DNA of 56,372 nucleotides from a virus (IMGVR_UViG_3300044641_005442:1-56372); one strand, 5' to 3'. Counted from the stretch's first letter, positions 30,153 to 42,400 are shown. Notes: a model not told the origin generated them from the sequence alone. Numbers and translations: made by a program.

Positions 30153-30830
30153 ATGACCGACATTGATACAATTTTAAACGATATTAAAACTGCTCAACCA
30201 GAATACAAAACAGTTTTACCTGTAAGTGGAACTGATGTCTTCTATAGCCCTTTCAAAATAAGAGATCAAAAAACCATATCTATTATTTCAGAAGAAACTC
30301 ATGTTGGTAGTATATTAAAAAATATTTGTAATATTTTAAAAAGTTGCTCTAATATTAAAAACCCAGAACAGTTATATCTTGCGGACTTAGAATTTTTATT
30401 CTTACAGATAAGAGCTAAAAGTGTAGAGGAAAATATTAAACTATTATTGGATGGTCCAATTCCAATTAATTTTGAATTAAACATATCCAATATTAAATTT
30501 AATAATGGGGTTTTGACAAAAGATATATCAACCAATAAAAATATTACTTTAACGGTAGCACAACCAAGAGTATGTGATTATTATGAATTATCATCAATTG
30601 ATGATGATAAGTTATTAACTAAAATTATAAAAGTGATAACGATTGGCAACAAAAGACATGATATTAGTTTATTCAAGTCTAGTGATATTACTAAAATTTT
30701 AGATGAAATTTATTTAAGTGAAATTAAACTCTTAAAAAACTTCCTAAAAGATGGACCAAAATTAACTTATGATGTCGCCAACGGCGAAGAAATAATTGTT
30801 GTCGAGGGCTTTTTGCGTTTTTTTACCTGA
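30153..30830 (+). CDS. gp26: Baseplate hub assembly protein gp26
   Basis: P.Y...LP.SG....Y.PF, D.E.LFLQIRAKSV.E, P.L.Y, EG...FF. Confidence 0.85.
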   Translation: MTDIDTILNDIKTAQPEYKTVLPVSGTDVFYSPFKIRDQKTISIISEETHVGSILKNICNILKSCSNIKNPEQLYLADLEFLFLQIRAKSVEENIKLLLDGPIPINFELNISNIKFNNGVLTKDISTNKNITLTVAQPRVCDYYELSSIDDDKLLTKIIKVITIGNKRHDISLFKSSDITKILDEIYLSEIKLLKNFLKDGPKLTYDVANGEEIIVVEGFLRFFT

Positions 30831-30832
30831 GT

Positions 30833-31024
30833 GTGAATTACTTTAGTTTGGTTGACTATTATAAAATGGTCTTCTTATTAACAAATTCACAGAGACTATC
30901 GGTATCTGAGATTGAAAATATGTATCCATGGGAATACGAAATATATTTAAATATGTTACAAACTCATCTCGAAGAAGAAAATCAAAACAAACAAGAACAA
31001 TATAATTCTGATTTAATGAGATAA
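30833..31024 (+). CDS. gp51: Baseplate hub assembly catalyst gp51
   Basis: L..YY...F.L......S..EIENM.PWE.EIY...L...LEEEN. Confidence 0.85.
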   Translation: MNYFSLVDYYKMVFLLTNSQRLSVSEIENMYPWEYEIYLNMLQTHLEEENQNKQEQYNSDLMR

Positions 31025-31025
31025 T

Positions 31026-31688
31026 ATGGATAAAAATAAAAAAGCAATGTTGGGAACAGATAGTAAAGAAAGTGCTATGGATAAAATTAAATTATCCGCA
31101 CCACCAACTTCACCAACACTTCCTTCTGCTCCACAACCAACGAACACCATTCCATCTATTTTGGGTGCACCAAAATTACTTAATACAAAAAATCCATCAA
31201 TTTTAAGTTCTGAGAAGTTACTTAATCCAACGGTCCCAGCTGTTTTTAAACCATCTGTATTTGTTCCACAGGCTGCGATGCCTCAAGCAGAAACTATTGA
31301 CAAATTAAAAGCTGATAAAAATAGACCAAAGGGAGTAGATTTGATAAAAGCTTTAGTCCCAAAAGCACCAACAGCTCCCGTTATACAAGCAGACACAACA
31401 AAATTTAATCCAAAAACATCAACAGCAGATAATATAAAAAATAATGAAGCTATGTTGGATGAAATGGATAAAAAAATTAAAGAAATGACAGGGAAAAAAC
31501 TTCAAAAAGATACATTGAAGATGTTACAACCTGCATTTACAAATATTGCAGCAACGGTAAACCAATCAAATAAAGACAAAGGGTCAAAAGATTATGATAG
31601 TGAACATATTACAGTTCACAACTCACAGTCTTTATTTACTCTTACCGCTAATCAAATTTCTGGTACACCATCATATAGAGTAAAATAA
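31026..31688 (+). CDS. Pro/Lys-rich hypothetical protein after gp51
   Basis: Intact 220-aa ORF, co-oriented with gp26/gp51, followed by a terminator. Confidence 0.6.
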   Translation: MDKNKKAMLGTDSKESAMDKIKLSAPPTSPTLPSAPQPTNTIPSILGAPKLLNTKNPSILSSEKLLNPTVPAVFKPSVFVPQAAMPQAETIDKLKADKNRPKGVDLIKALVPKAPTAPVIQADTTKFNPKTSTADNIKNNEAMLDEMDKKIKEMTGKKLQKDTLKMLQPAFTNIAATVNQSNKDKGSKDYDSEHITVHNSQSLFTLTANQISGTPSYRVK

Positions 31689-31690
31689 GA

Positions 31691-31712
31691 AGAGCCCCTT
31701 TTCAGGGGCTCT
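31691..31712. terminator. Intrinsic terminator between convergent genes
   Basis: AGAGCCCCT-tttc-AGGGGCTCT hairpin between the stops at 31688 (+) and 31715 (-). Confidence 0.75.
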
Positions 31713-31714
31713 CT

Positions 31715-32578
31715 TTAGTCTTGCTTACTCTTTAGAGACTTGAAGTAGTCCAGAGTATCGGTATCTTCCGATGGAATCTGTTCTACTGTCGAGTCATCCT
31801 CAACAGTCTTTTCGTTAGCCTCATCAAACTGTTCGCGGATATCATCTCCGACAGTCTTCTTGAAGCGATCCTTGACTTCATCATATGACTTGAAGCCAGT
31901 AGGATTCACAAACTCAGCCAACGCATATTGCTTCTTCCACAGAACCTCAAGCTTCTTGTCATCTCCACCAAACAATGGTGCTGGAGCTGAAAATTCACTT
32001 CTGTCGTAGTTTACATAACCACCGACATTACGAATCTTGAGTTTGAAATCTGCGCCTTCCCAGAAATTAAAGGGATCAACGGGAGTCTCATCCTTGAATT
32101 CAGGAGACATAAGTGCCTGAACCTTCTCAAAGATCTTTGTTCCATACTTGAATAGAAATACCTTACCTTCGTTTTCTGAATTGGATGGATCGCTGATGAC
32201 CAAAATATTACTGATGTAATTAAGCTTACGCTTACGTGATCGTGCAATATCCTTGTCCTCCTCTAATCCACTGTTCCAGAGTTCAGTATTAGCTTCACAC
32301 ACCGGACACTTTTCGCCAAATGTGGTACGGCAGTTTTCAATAAACCAGCCACCCTTACCTTTGAAAGCGTGAGTATAAAGTTTAATGAATGGAACTTCTT
32401 CAGTCTCAATGGACGGAAGAAAACGAATTACAGCGTAACCATTCTTGGATGCATCGAGTCCTGGCTTCCAAAACCGATCATCCTTATAGCTTTCCTTGCT
32501 ATTCAGGCTGACCAACTTCTTGCTCAAGTCCTCGATAGAATTCTTACTACGCTTCTTAAAATCTGAAAACGATCCCAT
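31715..32578 (-). CDS. gp32: Single-stranded DNA-binding protein gp32
   Basis: DDRFWKP, NGYAVIRFLP, H.F....GW.IENC.TT....CPVC, GKVFLFKYG.KIF, P.DPF..WEGA.FKLKIR, NYD.SEF. Confidence 0.97.
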   Translation of the reverse strand: MGSFSDFKKRSKNSIEDLSKKLVSLNSKESYKDDRFWKPGLDASKNGYAVIRFLPSIETEEVPFIKLYTHAFKGKGGWFIENCRTTFGEKCPVCEANTELWNSGLEEDKDIARSRKRKLNYISNILVISDPSNSENEGKVFLFKYGTKIFEKVQALMSPEFKDETPVDPFNFWEGADFKLKIRNVGGYVNYDRSEFSAPAPLFGGDDKKLEVLWKKQYALAEFVNPTGFKSYDEVKDRFKKTVGDDIREQFDEANEKTVEDDSTVEQIPSEDTDTLDYFKSLKSKQD

Positions 32579-32644
32579 ATAGTGACCTTTCTCTGGGGAC
32601 TACCCAGACCATGAAAATTATCAAGGACCTACCTTGATTTGTTT

Positions 32645-32672
32645 ATTCTATCATATTTAGGGTGAATGTCAA
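32645..32672 (-). promoter_or_regulatory. Promoter for gp32 (sigma70-type with embedded late TAAATA)
   Basis: TTGACA-16-TAGAAT with extended -10 TG; CTAAATA inside the spacer. Confidence 0.6.
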
Positions 32673-32905
32673 CCATCAACCGGTAACTTTTTGCCTTTAA
32701 CTGCTTTCATAAGATGCAATTCTTTTGCTTCTTCTTGAATTTTTTCAATTAAAGGTTTTGTTAAAAGTTTCCCAGCAGCACCTGGTTCAATATTCATTTC
32801 CTCTGCCAATTCCAACACACAATCCATATATGATAATTTTGTTTTTTGTACTCTTTCAAGTACTTTACTTGAAAATGTTAATTTTATATTTTCGTCTAGA
32901 TACAT
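32669..32905 (-). CDS. gp33: Late transcription coactivator gp33
   Basis: FS..V...V....SYMD.V...E...IE......L...L.EKI..EA..L..; adjacent to gp32. Confidence 0.85.
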   Translation of the reverse strand: MYLDENIKLTFSSKVLERVQKTKLSYMDCVLELAEEMNIEPGAAGKLLTKPLIEKIQEEAKELHLMKAVKGKKLPVDG

Positions 32906-32911
32906 GTGGAT

Positions 32912-32940
32912 ATTATACCAGAATTTAAAAAAAATATCAA
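32912..32940 (-). promoter_or_regulatory. Sigma70-type promoter for gp33 (predicted leaderless mRNA)
   Basis: TTGATA-17-TATAAT with extended TG; -10 ends 6 nt before the ATG at 32905. Confidence 0.55.
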
Positions 32941-32979
32941 TACTTATAATACCCTAAATATATGTGATTCGGAGTATCA

Positions 32980-33900
32980 ATGGCAAATAATATTACAGTA
33001 AATATTGCATCAGGACTTACCGCCTCTCTTGCTACCAATGAAGTGGGAGGTAGTCATTTCCAGGTCTTTAAAATGGCCTATGGTAATACTGCCAGCTCTA
33101 CAGTTGTCAGTAGTACTACCCCGCTACCTGTCGTACTATCAGCAGGCATTACTGCAAACATTGTTAATTTTACTACTCCTATAATTGTACAGGGAAACAG
33201 CGCAGGCGGTCCTGTAACTGTTCAGGGGACCGTAAGTGTCCTCGGTGTCAGCGGAGCTCCTATAGCGATCACTGGGGGCATTCCTCTCACGTATACAAAC
33301 TCCAGCATCAAGGTATATGGTTACGATGGTAACCCTTTTATTCGATCTGCTCTTGTTACTGTAGGTAACACAGCCATTGGCGTATCAGGAGATGCTCTTA
33401 AAGTTTACCTCCAAGATATTAACATAACTGCGAGTATCAATCCTGTTATCTACGTAGAAAATTACGGGTCTACTTCTGCTCTGAGAGTTGAAGGTCTATC
33501 AGGTGGTGTATCACAAAATGTCACAGTAACTGGTACCGCTGGTATCAATGATACAAATATTTTAACTGGAATGACTGCCATCTATGGATTGATGACTACC
33601 CTGAACGCAGCCTTAATTGCATCTGGTGCAGCAAGACCTTCAAACTTTACTGCTGGCAGAGTTACCGCAACCACTGGTGTTACTTGGTTGTTGGCTTCTG
33701 GTTATACTTCCGGAAGTGGCGTAAATCTGAAAGCATCATCTGCAAATACGGACTTGATCTATATTCACTCAGATGGTGCTGCAGTTACAGGATATGAACT
33801 TGATCCTGGTCAGAATGTTTTCTTAGATGTAATCAATCTTAATACAATTTATATTCGCGCCAAGTCATCCACACAAATAATTTCATACATGGCTAGTTAA
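32980..33900 (+). CDS. Putative virion structural protein (Gly/Thr/Val-rich, beta-rich)
   Basis: Late TAAATA at 32955; HFQ..K...G and C-terminal GV.LKA...N...IY......GYEL.PG..VF..V.NLN.IY seen in phage structural proteins. Confidence 0.55.
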   Translation: MANNITVNIASGLTASLATNEVGGSHFQVFKMAYGNTASSTVVSSTTPLPVVLSAGITANIVNFTTPIIVQGNSAGGPVTVQGTVSVLGVSGAPIAITGGIPLTYTNSSIKVYGYDGNPFIRSALVTVGNTAIGVSGDALKVYLQDINITASINPVIYVENYGSTSALRVEGLSGGVSQNVTVTGTAGINDTNILTGMTAIYGLMTTLNAALIASGAARPSNFTAGRVTATTGVTWLLASGYTSGSGVNLKASSANTDLIYIHSDGAAVTGYELDPGQNVFLDVINLNTIYIRAKSSTQIISYMAS

Positions 33901-33902
33901 AT

Positions 33903-35231
33903 ATGGCTGTCCCACTAACAGTAGTAAAATCAACACAATCCTTTACTTTGGAATTTGTTGGGGCAACAGCAAATCCATGTTTAACTAAAGGAATTATTCA
34001 CTCCACTCCAAATATTTTGGCTTCGGGAAATAGTTATTTCTTTAATTATTCGCATAGTAAAAATTCAAACGATTTAAAATTCTTAAAAATCTTTTTTGAT
34101 ACTATGTCTGTTGGTAATACCTGTGCGTTTACTTCAGGTGTTTACGTAAACATCGATACAGGTGCCAGGACAACTTGGTCCGGGCAATTTACATTACAGG
34201 GAAAAACCGGAGCATATAATGAGTTTTTATATTTTTCTGGTTTAACTGGAACATCTGGTTTAGCTAGTGGCATATATGATGCAAACTTATTTACAGATGC
34301 AATTCAGTTTACAACAATCAATGGTTCTACAGCAAATATTCTGGTGTCTAAGTTACCAAACAATGATCCATTAAACCTTAAGTATCTTGGGTTATATGGT
34401 AGTGATTTTGGTTATGAAGAATACGTAGAAGTTGAGAAGAGTACTTTAAATACTGGACGTATTCCGGTTAAAAACTTTACTGTATTGAATGATGGATCGG
34501 AAGTTGTATTACTTTCACAGTCATCCACTATCACCAATGAAAATCTATACTTTCAAAATAGTTTATTATCTACTTATATGCGAGGTATTCCGAGCATTGA
34601 AGCACTAAACTACGACGAAACTATTAATGGTGTAGTTCGATATAACTACGTTGACCCGGGTGTATTTACTAGATTTATCGAGTATCAAAACAAAAAACAA
34701 TTTGAATTAAGATATCTAACTACTGCACCTTATGATATTGCAAAATCCTGGTATCAAAATACAACTTTAAAAAGTTTAACTTTATCAACCAATACACCAA
34801 TAACAACACCTATATCTTTAGAATTGTTAAAAATATATCACTTAACTTATAGAAACTCGGTTGTAACTGATTTTGTTGCCTCAACAGATTTCCAAATACC
34901 GTTACTGTTATCTAACACAACTATAAATGAAATTTATGTTGATGAAATCGTGACAAATACATTAACAATTACAGCCGGATCATTTGTTCGTGATATCAAT
35001 TTCAAAATTGATTTGTCAGATTCTAGAAATTATGGAACACTTATAAGTGCCTTTGCAGACAGAAGTTGTTCAATTCCATTAACTGGGTTGTCGTATTTAC
35101 TTGGTACACCTGGATTTGAAGGTGCTTCCTTTGTATTTGCCGGTACAGAAACTAGATTGAATACAAATATATTTCTTAAATTAGAACGAGAAACTACTTC
35201 TATTTTAGAACTTATAGTTTTAGTAAATTAA
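33903..35231 (+). CDS. Hypothetical protein, probably structural
   Basis: 442-aa Thr/Ser/Asn-rich ORF co-transcribed with 32980. Confidence 0.55.
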   Translation: MAVPLTVVKSTQSFTLEFVGATANPCLTKGIIHSTPNILASGNSYFFNYSHSKNSNDLKFLKIFFDTMSVGNTCAFTSGVYVNIDTGARTTWSGQFTLQGKTGAYNEFLYFSGLTGTSGLASGIYDANLFTDAIQFTTINGSTANILVSKLPNNDPLNLKYLGLYGSDFGYEEYVEVEKSTLNTGRIPVKNFTVLNDGSEVVLLSQSSTITNENLYFQNSLLSTYMRGIPSIEALNYDETINGVVRYNYVDPGVFTRFIEYQNKKQFELRYLTTAPYDIAKSWYQNTTLKSLTLSTNTPITTPISLELLKIYHLTYRNSVVTDFVASTDFQIPLLLSNTTINEIYVDEIVTNTLTITAGSFVRDINFKIDLSDSRNYGTLISAFADRSCSIPLTGLSYLLGTPGFEGASFVFAGTETRLNTNIFLKLERETTSILELIVLVN

Positions 35232-35509
35232 ATAGCAACCCAAGCATAATTATTACCATCATAGTAATAAGAATAGTATGTGCCATCCTTGACCCATATT
35301 TGTCCAATCTCTGGGTTTAACGGTGGGTTATCTGAATTAAAAATTTCAGTAGATCCAACAAAAGCCCATGAATTTGTGTTTTCTAATGGGGACAAAGAAA
35401 TAGGTTCTTTGGCTGCGTATAATTTTCCATGAAACATAACAACATCATTTGTGGAATACGTAGCCAAAGAACCATCAGATAATTTCTTTTTATATTTGCC
35501 TTTAAACAC
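35228..35509 (-). CDS. Small protein with carbohydrate-binding-module-like and fibre-like motifs
   Basis: Y..NDVV...G.LY.A......P.....W; PP.NP..GQIW; late TAAATA at 35515. Confidence 0.5.
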   Translation of the reverse strand: MFKGKYKKKLSDGSLATYSTNDVVMFHGKLYAAKEPISLSPLENTNSWAFVGSTEIFNSDNPPLNPEIGQIWVKDGTYYSYYYDGNNYAWVAI

Positions 35510-35526
35510 GCAAATATTTATTAAAA

Positions 35527-35820
35527 TTACTTAGTCACTTCAGTAACTGCATCTTGTTCTACAACAAGATTTGGGTCAACCCAACGACCATAGTATTCAA
35601 TCATATCCTCTGCAACATCAGTTGCAAACATGATTGCTGTACCGGGAATCAATGCACCTTCTTTGATTGTTGTATATGGTAGCCAGTTTGCCAATCCTAG
35701 CTTATATTCCTGTAAATGAATAATTTGAGCAGGATCTTCCATGTACCAATCAGAGTTTACCTTTTTGGCTTTTGCGATAACTTCTTCACCATTCATCATC
35801 TTAAAATACTTAATTTCCAT
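35527..35820 (-). CDS. Sm-like-fold phage protein
   Basis: IKYFKMMNGEEVIA...DP....L..WLPY; paralogous to 45561..45860. Confidence 0.6.
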   Translation of the reverse strand: MEIKYFKMMNGEEVIAKAKKVNSDWYMEDPAQIIHLQEYKLGLANWLPYTTIKEGALIPGTAIMFATDVAEDMIEYYGRWVDPNLVVEQDAVTEVTK

Positions 35821-35841
35821 TTGTAACCTTTCGTTAATGAT

Positions 35842-35870
35842 ATTATATCACATATTTTTTAAATTGTCAA
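35842..35870 (-). promoter_or_regulatory. Consensus sigma70 promoter
   Basis: TTGACA-17-TATAAT with extended TG, upstream of 35820. Confidence 0.75.
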
Positions 35871-36421
35871 CGTTTTTTATTTGCACACCCACAACCTGAT
35901 TTTTTGGTTTGTGCTACAAATGTAGGCTTTGGTTTAAACATAGCAATATGACCTTCCATATGTTCAGCTGAAATTTGATCAACAGAAGTTGAAGATGATT
36001 TTAGTTTCACTGCTTCTTTTTTATATCCACTTACAATTTCATCAATATATGAAAAATTAGTAATTGATATAGTATAATAAGGAATAGTTAAAAGTTTATT
36101 GAATTTTTTTCTTCGAGCCTCACAACCACAATTTCCTTTTGTGATATAAATTATAAATCTTTTAATACCAGTAATCGACGTAAAATAATCTATTATGTCA
36201 CCTGATCCTATTATGTGTTTATGTATTTTTATTACTTTTTTAATAGTAAAATTAAAATTAATATATTTACTATATTCTGATGGTATAGTTTCTTTTTTAG
36301 TTTGTGTATAAAGCTCTACATCCAATCCTGGGTTTGTATTTAAACTATCTCGTGTAAATGTGTTTACACCATCCCCAGAATACGATTCTCCCGACACAAA
36401 ATGAGTATTAGTAAAATTCAT
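35867..36421 (-). CDS. Hypothetical protein with CGC motifs
   Basis: G.GD.I...T..TGIK......NCGCEARRKKFN and C-terminal GCGCANKKR. Confidence 0.6.
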   Translation of the reverse strand: MNFTNTHFVSGESYSGDGVNTFTRDSLNTNPGLDVELYTQTKKETIPSEYSKYINFNFTIKKVIKIHKHIIGSGDIIDYFTSITGIKRFIIYITKGNCGCEARRKKFNKLLTIPYYTISITNFSYIDEIVSGYKKEAVKLKSSSTSVDQISAEHMEGHIAMFKPKPTFVAQTKKSGCGCANKKR

Positions 36422-36434
36422 ATATTTTTTCCTT

Positions 36435-39400
36435 TTAATTTGTCAATGCGACACAAGTTAAATCTGATGCAACAGCAATCATAGAAGTATTACCATCTTG
36501 ATATTTAAGGAAAGCATAAAACCTATCGATATTATCGTTCCCACATCCACTTGACAAATCCCAACCACCTTGAAACGCTACAGGATCCAATGTCATACCT
36601 GTAGGAATCCATGTAGATTTTAATTCTTCATAAACTCTAAACAGTTTAAGTGTTTGTTGTTCTGTATACGTTATTTTGTCTCCAACTAAATTATATTTTG
36701 TTAAATCATCTATATCATATTCTTCAAGAACATCATAAACTGCATTCGCATTACATTGTAAATTACACCCAGCACACTGTGCATCATAGTTTGGACATGG
36801 ACACGCTGGACCCGTATAACATAGCGCAGTAAACCCTGGGGGTAATCGTCCTGTATATGGACCAAATTTCACTAAAGGTCCCAAATATGTTGACGCACCA
36901 GCTTCTAGATATAAAGTTTTATCAAACAAAGCAATTGAACTACTAAGAGATCCACCTGAATGTACTGGAACACCATTTCCTATGTTACCAGCTCTACATG
37001 CTGCTCCAGGATTATATATCCATCCACCTGGACCCAATAAATTAGCTCCAGCCTTTTTATCTTTGCATCCAGAACAGAACTGACATGTGTTAGTTGGAGA
37101 ACATACTTCATCTGCACTACAATAACAATCTTGACATGCAGTTGATCTACTACCAAGATTTATAGAACTAGAAAAACTTTGTTTTAATTGTTGTAAACGA
37201 TTACCACCAACATAAACTGTTGGGTATTGCATATAATAATCTACCTGATAATATTTTACAATACAATCTTCTGGAGTCATCGTATAATTCATATAAACTG
37301 CCGAAGTAGCACCAGGGTTTGCTCCTGTTCTACCATCACCCCAGTAATATGATCTATATTTTAAAGGTGCATCTTTTACCTCATACAACCCAGTAGTAGA
37401 ATTATAACCATAATAAAAACATTTTTTTGCATAATAAAAATAAGTTATATTTGTATCAACAACACCACAGCATACTCCACCAACACCTTCATCGACTGCT
37501 TGACTGGCACTTGTTTTTCCAAAATATTTATGAGATTGAACAAAAAAATCTTTATTTGAAGAAAATCCAGATCTTCCGTAAACACTACCATCAAAACAGT
37601 TAGTACCAAGTCCTACAAAACTCTTGGGACCACCACAAGCATACTTATAATAAGTTTCTGATTCTGGTGGACATCCACATACATCTTCACAATCACAACG
37701 AAAACCAGTACCAAATTGTGTTTCTTGTTTTGAATATTGAAATGCACTCGGTGAACCATCACCCACCCAACATATATCACCGATACCAGAATAACACCCA
37801 CCAATCAAACCACCTAATTGACGATTTGTATCTCCGTTTATTCCAGCACCGTTTCCTGTACCATAATCAATAGGTTGCAATCCATCATCACCATTTTCAT
37901 CGCGCATCAGTCCGCAACCAGTTAGATCTTCTTGTGGATCCCTTGTATGTAATGGAGTAACTTTTTGATATCTTCTGTCATTAGGTTTCATCCAATAATA
38001 TTTTGGGTGACCCGTAAAACATAAATTAGCTTCACCTTTTTTCCAGTAGATACTGCATTCATCTTTTAATATTACTTCATTGTCTTGTTCTTCGCCTTGT
38101 AGCTGCTTACAGGATCTACCAAATAACCATTTGGAAAAATCCCAATGACCTTTTACACATCTAAAGAAAGCTTGACTTTGGAAATATAAAGGAAGATCAC
38201 CAGTACTAGTAAATTGTAATAAATTATGTCCTGTATATGTATTAAACGAACTTTGTTTCCAGGTATTAATTCTGAATCCACTATTAACAATACCAATTGC
38301 ATGACCATAACTTAAGGCAGCATCTTCAAAGTCATATTCGGTATATGGTAATTTATTAACACCAAAATCATATGAACCTTGTGTATTACGCGAAGGTCGT
38401 GTAAAAATATCTAAGAATTTTTGAGCATTATTTTGTCTTCGGTACAATACACCAAAAGAATTTACACCAGCTATAATTTTTTCAATATAGTTGTAAGATT
38501 TAGTGTCAGATCCGGTTAAACCAGAAATTGCAGTATTGTTTAATGCAGAAACCATTTCTGAATGTCCCCAAATAATAACATTCACTGGTGTATCTGACCC
38601 CGTTACAGCAAGACTATAATCAGGTCCACCATCTACTTGAAATATCTTAATAGTAGCTGGGTCTTTTTTTGCTGTTGTATAAACATAATTATCTGGGTCA
38701 TCTTCATTTACTCCCCTACAACCTAAAGTTATTCCACCAAGTGTCCATTTATCCGGATTAATAAGATTGATTGGTGTAAATGCTGGTATAGGATTTATTC
38801 CAGTATTACCTGTTATATCTTGTTGATTTGGTTGAAGAACATTACCAGACTGATCAACTTTAACATAGCTACCCCATACTTTTAAATTCTGATCAGAAGA
38901 AACAGCAATACTATGATATTGTCCAGCACCAACGTTTATGTAAAAAGGTCTTTCCGGTGTAATATCATAATATCCAGGAGTACCATCTATAGCACTATTT
39001 AAATCATAAAAATTATTAACAGAATACAAATAACATCTAATATCACATTTTTTTCTTGTATTATCATTATACGGAATGATGTTACTGCAATTAGTCGTTT
39101 TCCATAATGAAAGACTATCTCCATTCCATTCAATGTCTTTAAAATAACCAGGTACAGGCATGTTTTCAATATATGTTAAATCTGATTCAACTGAAACTGC
39201 TGCTGGTGCTTTACCATATGACATTTGATCATATGTATTATCACTATCTGGAGTTACAAATAAACATCCATCACCAGTAATAGCAACACAATGTTTTGCT
39301 CCTGCTGCAACATCTACCCATAATCTATATCTATTTTTTAAAGGCATTGTATTTGCAACACCATTTGGTCTAATACTTTCATCATTAGAAGAAGGACAAT

Positions 39401-42400
39401 AATATAAGCCACCTGGAGGATTATAAAAAATACCATATGTATTATCAGGTCCCCAAGTTTTTAAAGCAAATGTATTATCATTAACTCCATAACCATAACC
39501 AGGACAGCTAGGGTATACACCCCAGTAACCAACTGTTGGTGTATCACCACGGTAAACACCACCATAGTTTGGATCAGAAGGACCACTTGAAATTGCTTGA
39601 ACACCAGAATTAGAATCTAATCTTCTATTTGCTACAGTACCATTATTACCACGATGATTTCCGATAGGAAATGCCCCATAGCTTACTAAAGCAACAGCAA
39701 ATTTACCTTTACAAGAAATTTTTTCTATACTTCCAGGAGCAGCATCGTCTGGATTTTCTTGAAGATCTTGACGATAACTTAAATGTAATGGTACACACCC
39801 AAGTGATCTTGTAAAATTAGCTGGGTCACTGTCTATAAGACATTCAGGAAGAGAATTATTTCCTGTAATTTGAACTTTTCCATTTACAGTAATAGCAAAA
39901 TTAGTGCCAAGATCATTTGTATGAACAGAAGAATACACTAAATTAACATTTGATTGTATATCTAGTGGATATGGATCATATGTGTCACAACCAGCATTTT
40001 CACATCCCCATGCTGTTAAGCCGGATGAAAGTGGTGTTGGTATTAATTTAACTCTTCGTGGTCCCAAGAACATTGGACCAGGAAGACTTTTCTTGGTAGC
40101 CAAATTTACTGAATACCGCAAACTCTCTGGGTTAATCATTCTCTTAATGACTTTAGCTGTTACGTATGGTTTAAGTGAAGCCCAATCTGTAATAGTATTA
40201 TTACCAGCATCAAAACCAATTAAACGCTTTAAAAAAGTTATTAAATAATTATAACCAGCAGATCCACCAATTTGTGTTTTAATAAAATTATTTGGGAATA
40301 CTACAACAGATTCACTATCAATAGTTTCAACAGTAATTTGATCTAATATTTCAATCAATTCATCAGCAATATCTTTTGCGTGGTCTTTGATACTGATAAT
40401 ATTATATCGAATCATTTCAGTAAGACAAGTAGATACATAAGAATACATTGCAACATCTTTTGGTTCAACATAAGGTTCACCTACAACAGAAGGTTTGATA
40501 AGATTATTATAAAAATACAAATAATATTGTTCTAAAAATTTAGAACCATTAAACGTTTCACCTTCAATTAAAATATTTTTTTCACGTGATAAATGTTCAA
40601 AGGCATAAAGATCTGAAAAGAAGATAGGAACACCAGATGAACCATACATAACAGTTCGTGGTGTATAGTGTAAAATCTGCCAACGCATTGCAGCTCTTGG
40701 TTCATATTGAAAACTACAAGGTTTTACAAACCCAGCATATGGTCTTTCATAAGGTAGTAATAAAATTAAGGCATGATTCATTAACAAAGGTGGTTGTGGA
40801 GAAAATGGAGCTTTACTGTGATATGCCCATGACTCAAAATGATGTTCTAAAGATACAATTCCAACTAATTTATTGTATAAAGAATCTTTTTTATTATACA
40901 TTTTAGTAAAACGTAATGCTGTCCACTTTTTACCATCTTCTAATATAGAAGAAGATCTATATGTTGCACCTAAAGTTTCTTGTTGTGCTGGATTATCTGA
41001 ACCATAATGAAAAATATCAAATGCTAAAGTATAAAGCGAAATAGATATTCTACTTAAATATGGTGAAATACCACGACTAAAACAACTAGTTCTATAATTA
41101 GGATTATAAGCTGGTGGACTTATAAGTATATTTTCAGTACAACCAATACCTATAGCTTGTATACTAGAACCCCAACCACTTGCTTTTGGATAAGATAAAT
41201 ATTTACCTCTTCTTGTATTAAAAAGCTCCCCTGACTGTGAACAAGTACCCGAAGTATTACTGGCACTTTGTGTGGTAAAACAAGTACAACATCCTAATTC
41301 TGAGATATTTACTTTTGGTAAAAATGGATTTTTTCCTGCAATATATCCACCAAAAAATTGTTTCTTAGAAACATTAATACGTCTTTGTAAAGTATCATAT
41401 ATTCCACCACTCAAATGTGGGAATTGGGTACATTGGCAAGGATAACTATTATAATCTCTTGAGCAATCAGTATCACCACTATCAAATACATTTTGCCCAC
41501 AAGTAAGCTCAAAGTTACCTTCTGATGAACCATCTGTTCCATTTACTCTTCCAAAGAAATAATCACATGTTTTTATTCCCTTTGGATTTAAATATCCAGG
41601 GCATTGACTTGGAGTTCTATTATAATTAAAAACATATTCTGGTGGATACCAGATAAAATTACAAGATGAATATCTGTAAATAAAATAAATTGGAGGTGCA
41701 GCTGGGTTACCACCACTGAATACACATTTAGTACATGGGTTTTGTCCTACTGGTATAGTCTGATTATTACCATAATCACCTTCACCAAGACTTTTTACTA
41801 AATTTGAAACATCTGTTTTACCAGCATAGATATCTGTTGTATCTAATTCTGGATCTAATGCTATCATATCATCTTGGTAATTTACATTACTTAATAACAT
41901 TTCACTATTTTTTATTTGTTGTGGGGTTCCACCATAAATTGGATCACAAAAATTACTGCATTCTTCAGAACAATTTTCACAAATATTAGTATTTTTATTT
42001 TGACAATTTATACTAATATCATCATCAACACAATCAATGTCAATATTATTATCTTGTAAACATTTTTTACATCTACTTAAAAATTCTAATTTTGATTTAA
42101 ATCTTTCATTTTGAAAATTAATTTTATTAGTAGTTTGTGTTACTTGTTTTTCATTTTCTTTTAATTTTTTATTTGTATTTACATCAAGGCTAGATAAATA
42201 ACCTAAACTTGTAATTTTATATTGGTCCATGAATGATGGAGGGTTTTTAAAAACTCTATTAACAAATTTTTTAAATATAGATGGAACATTATTTGGTGTT
42301 TGTTTGTTTGTCACTCCATCTCCAGGAGGACAATCAGGCAGACCAGGACATCCACATGTAATATCAGTATTTACGTAACGACATTGACAAGAATCAGAAC

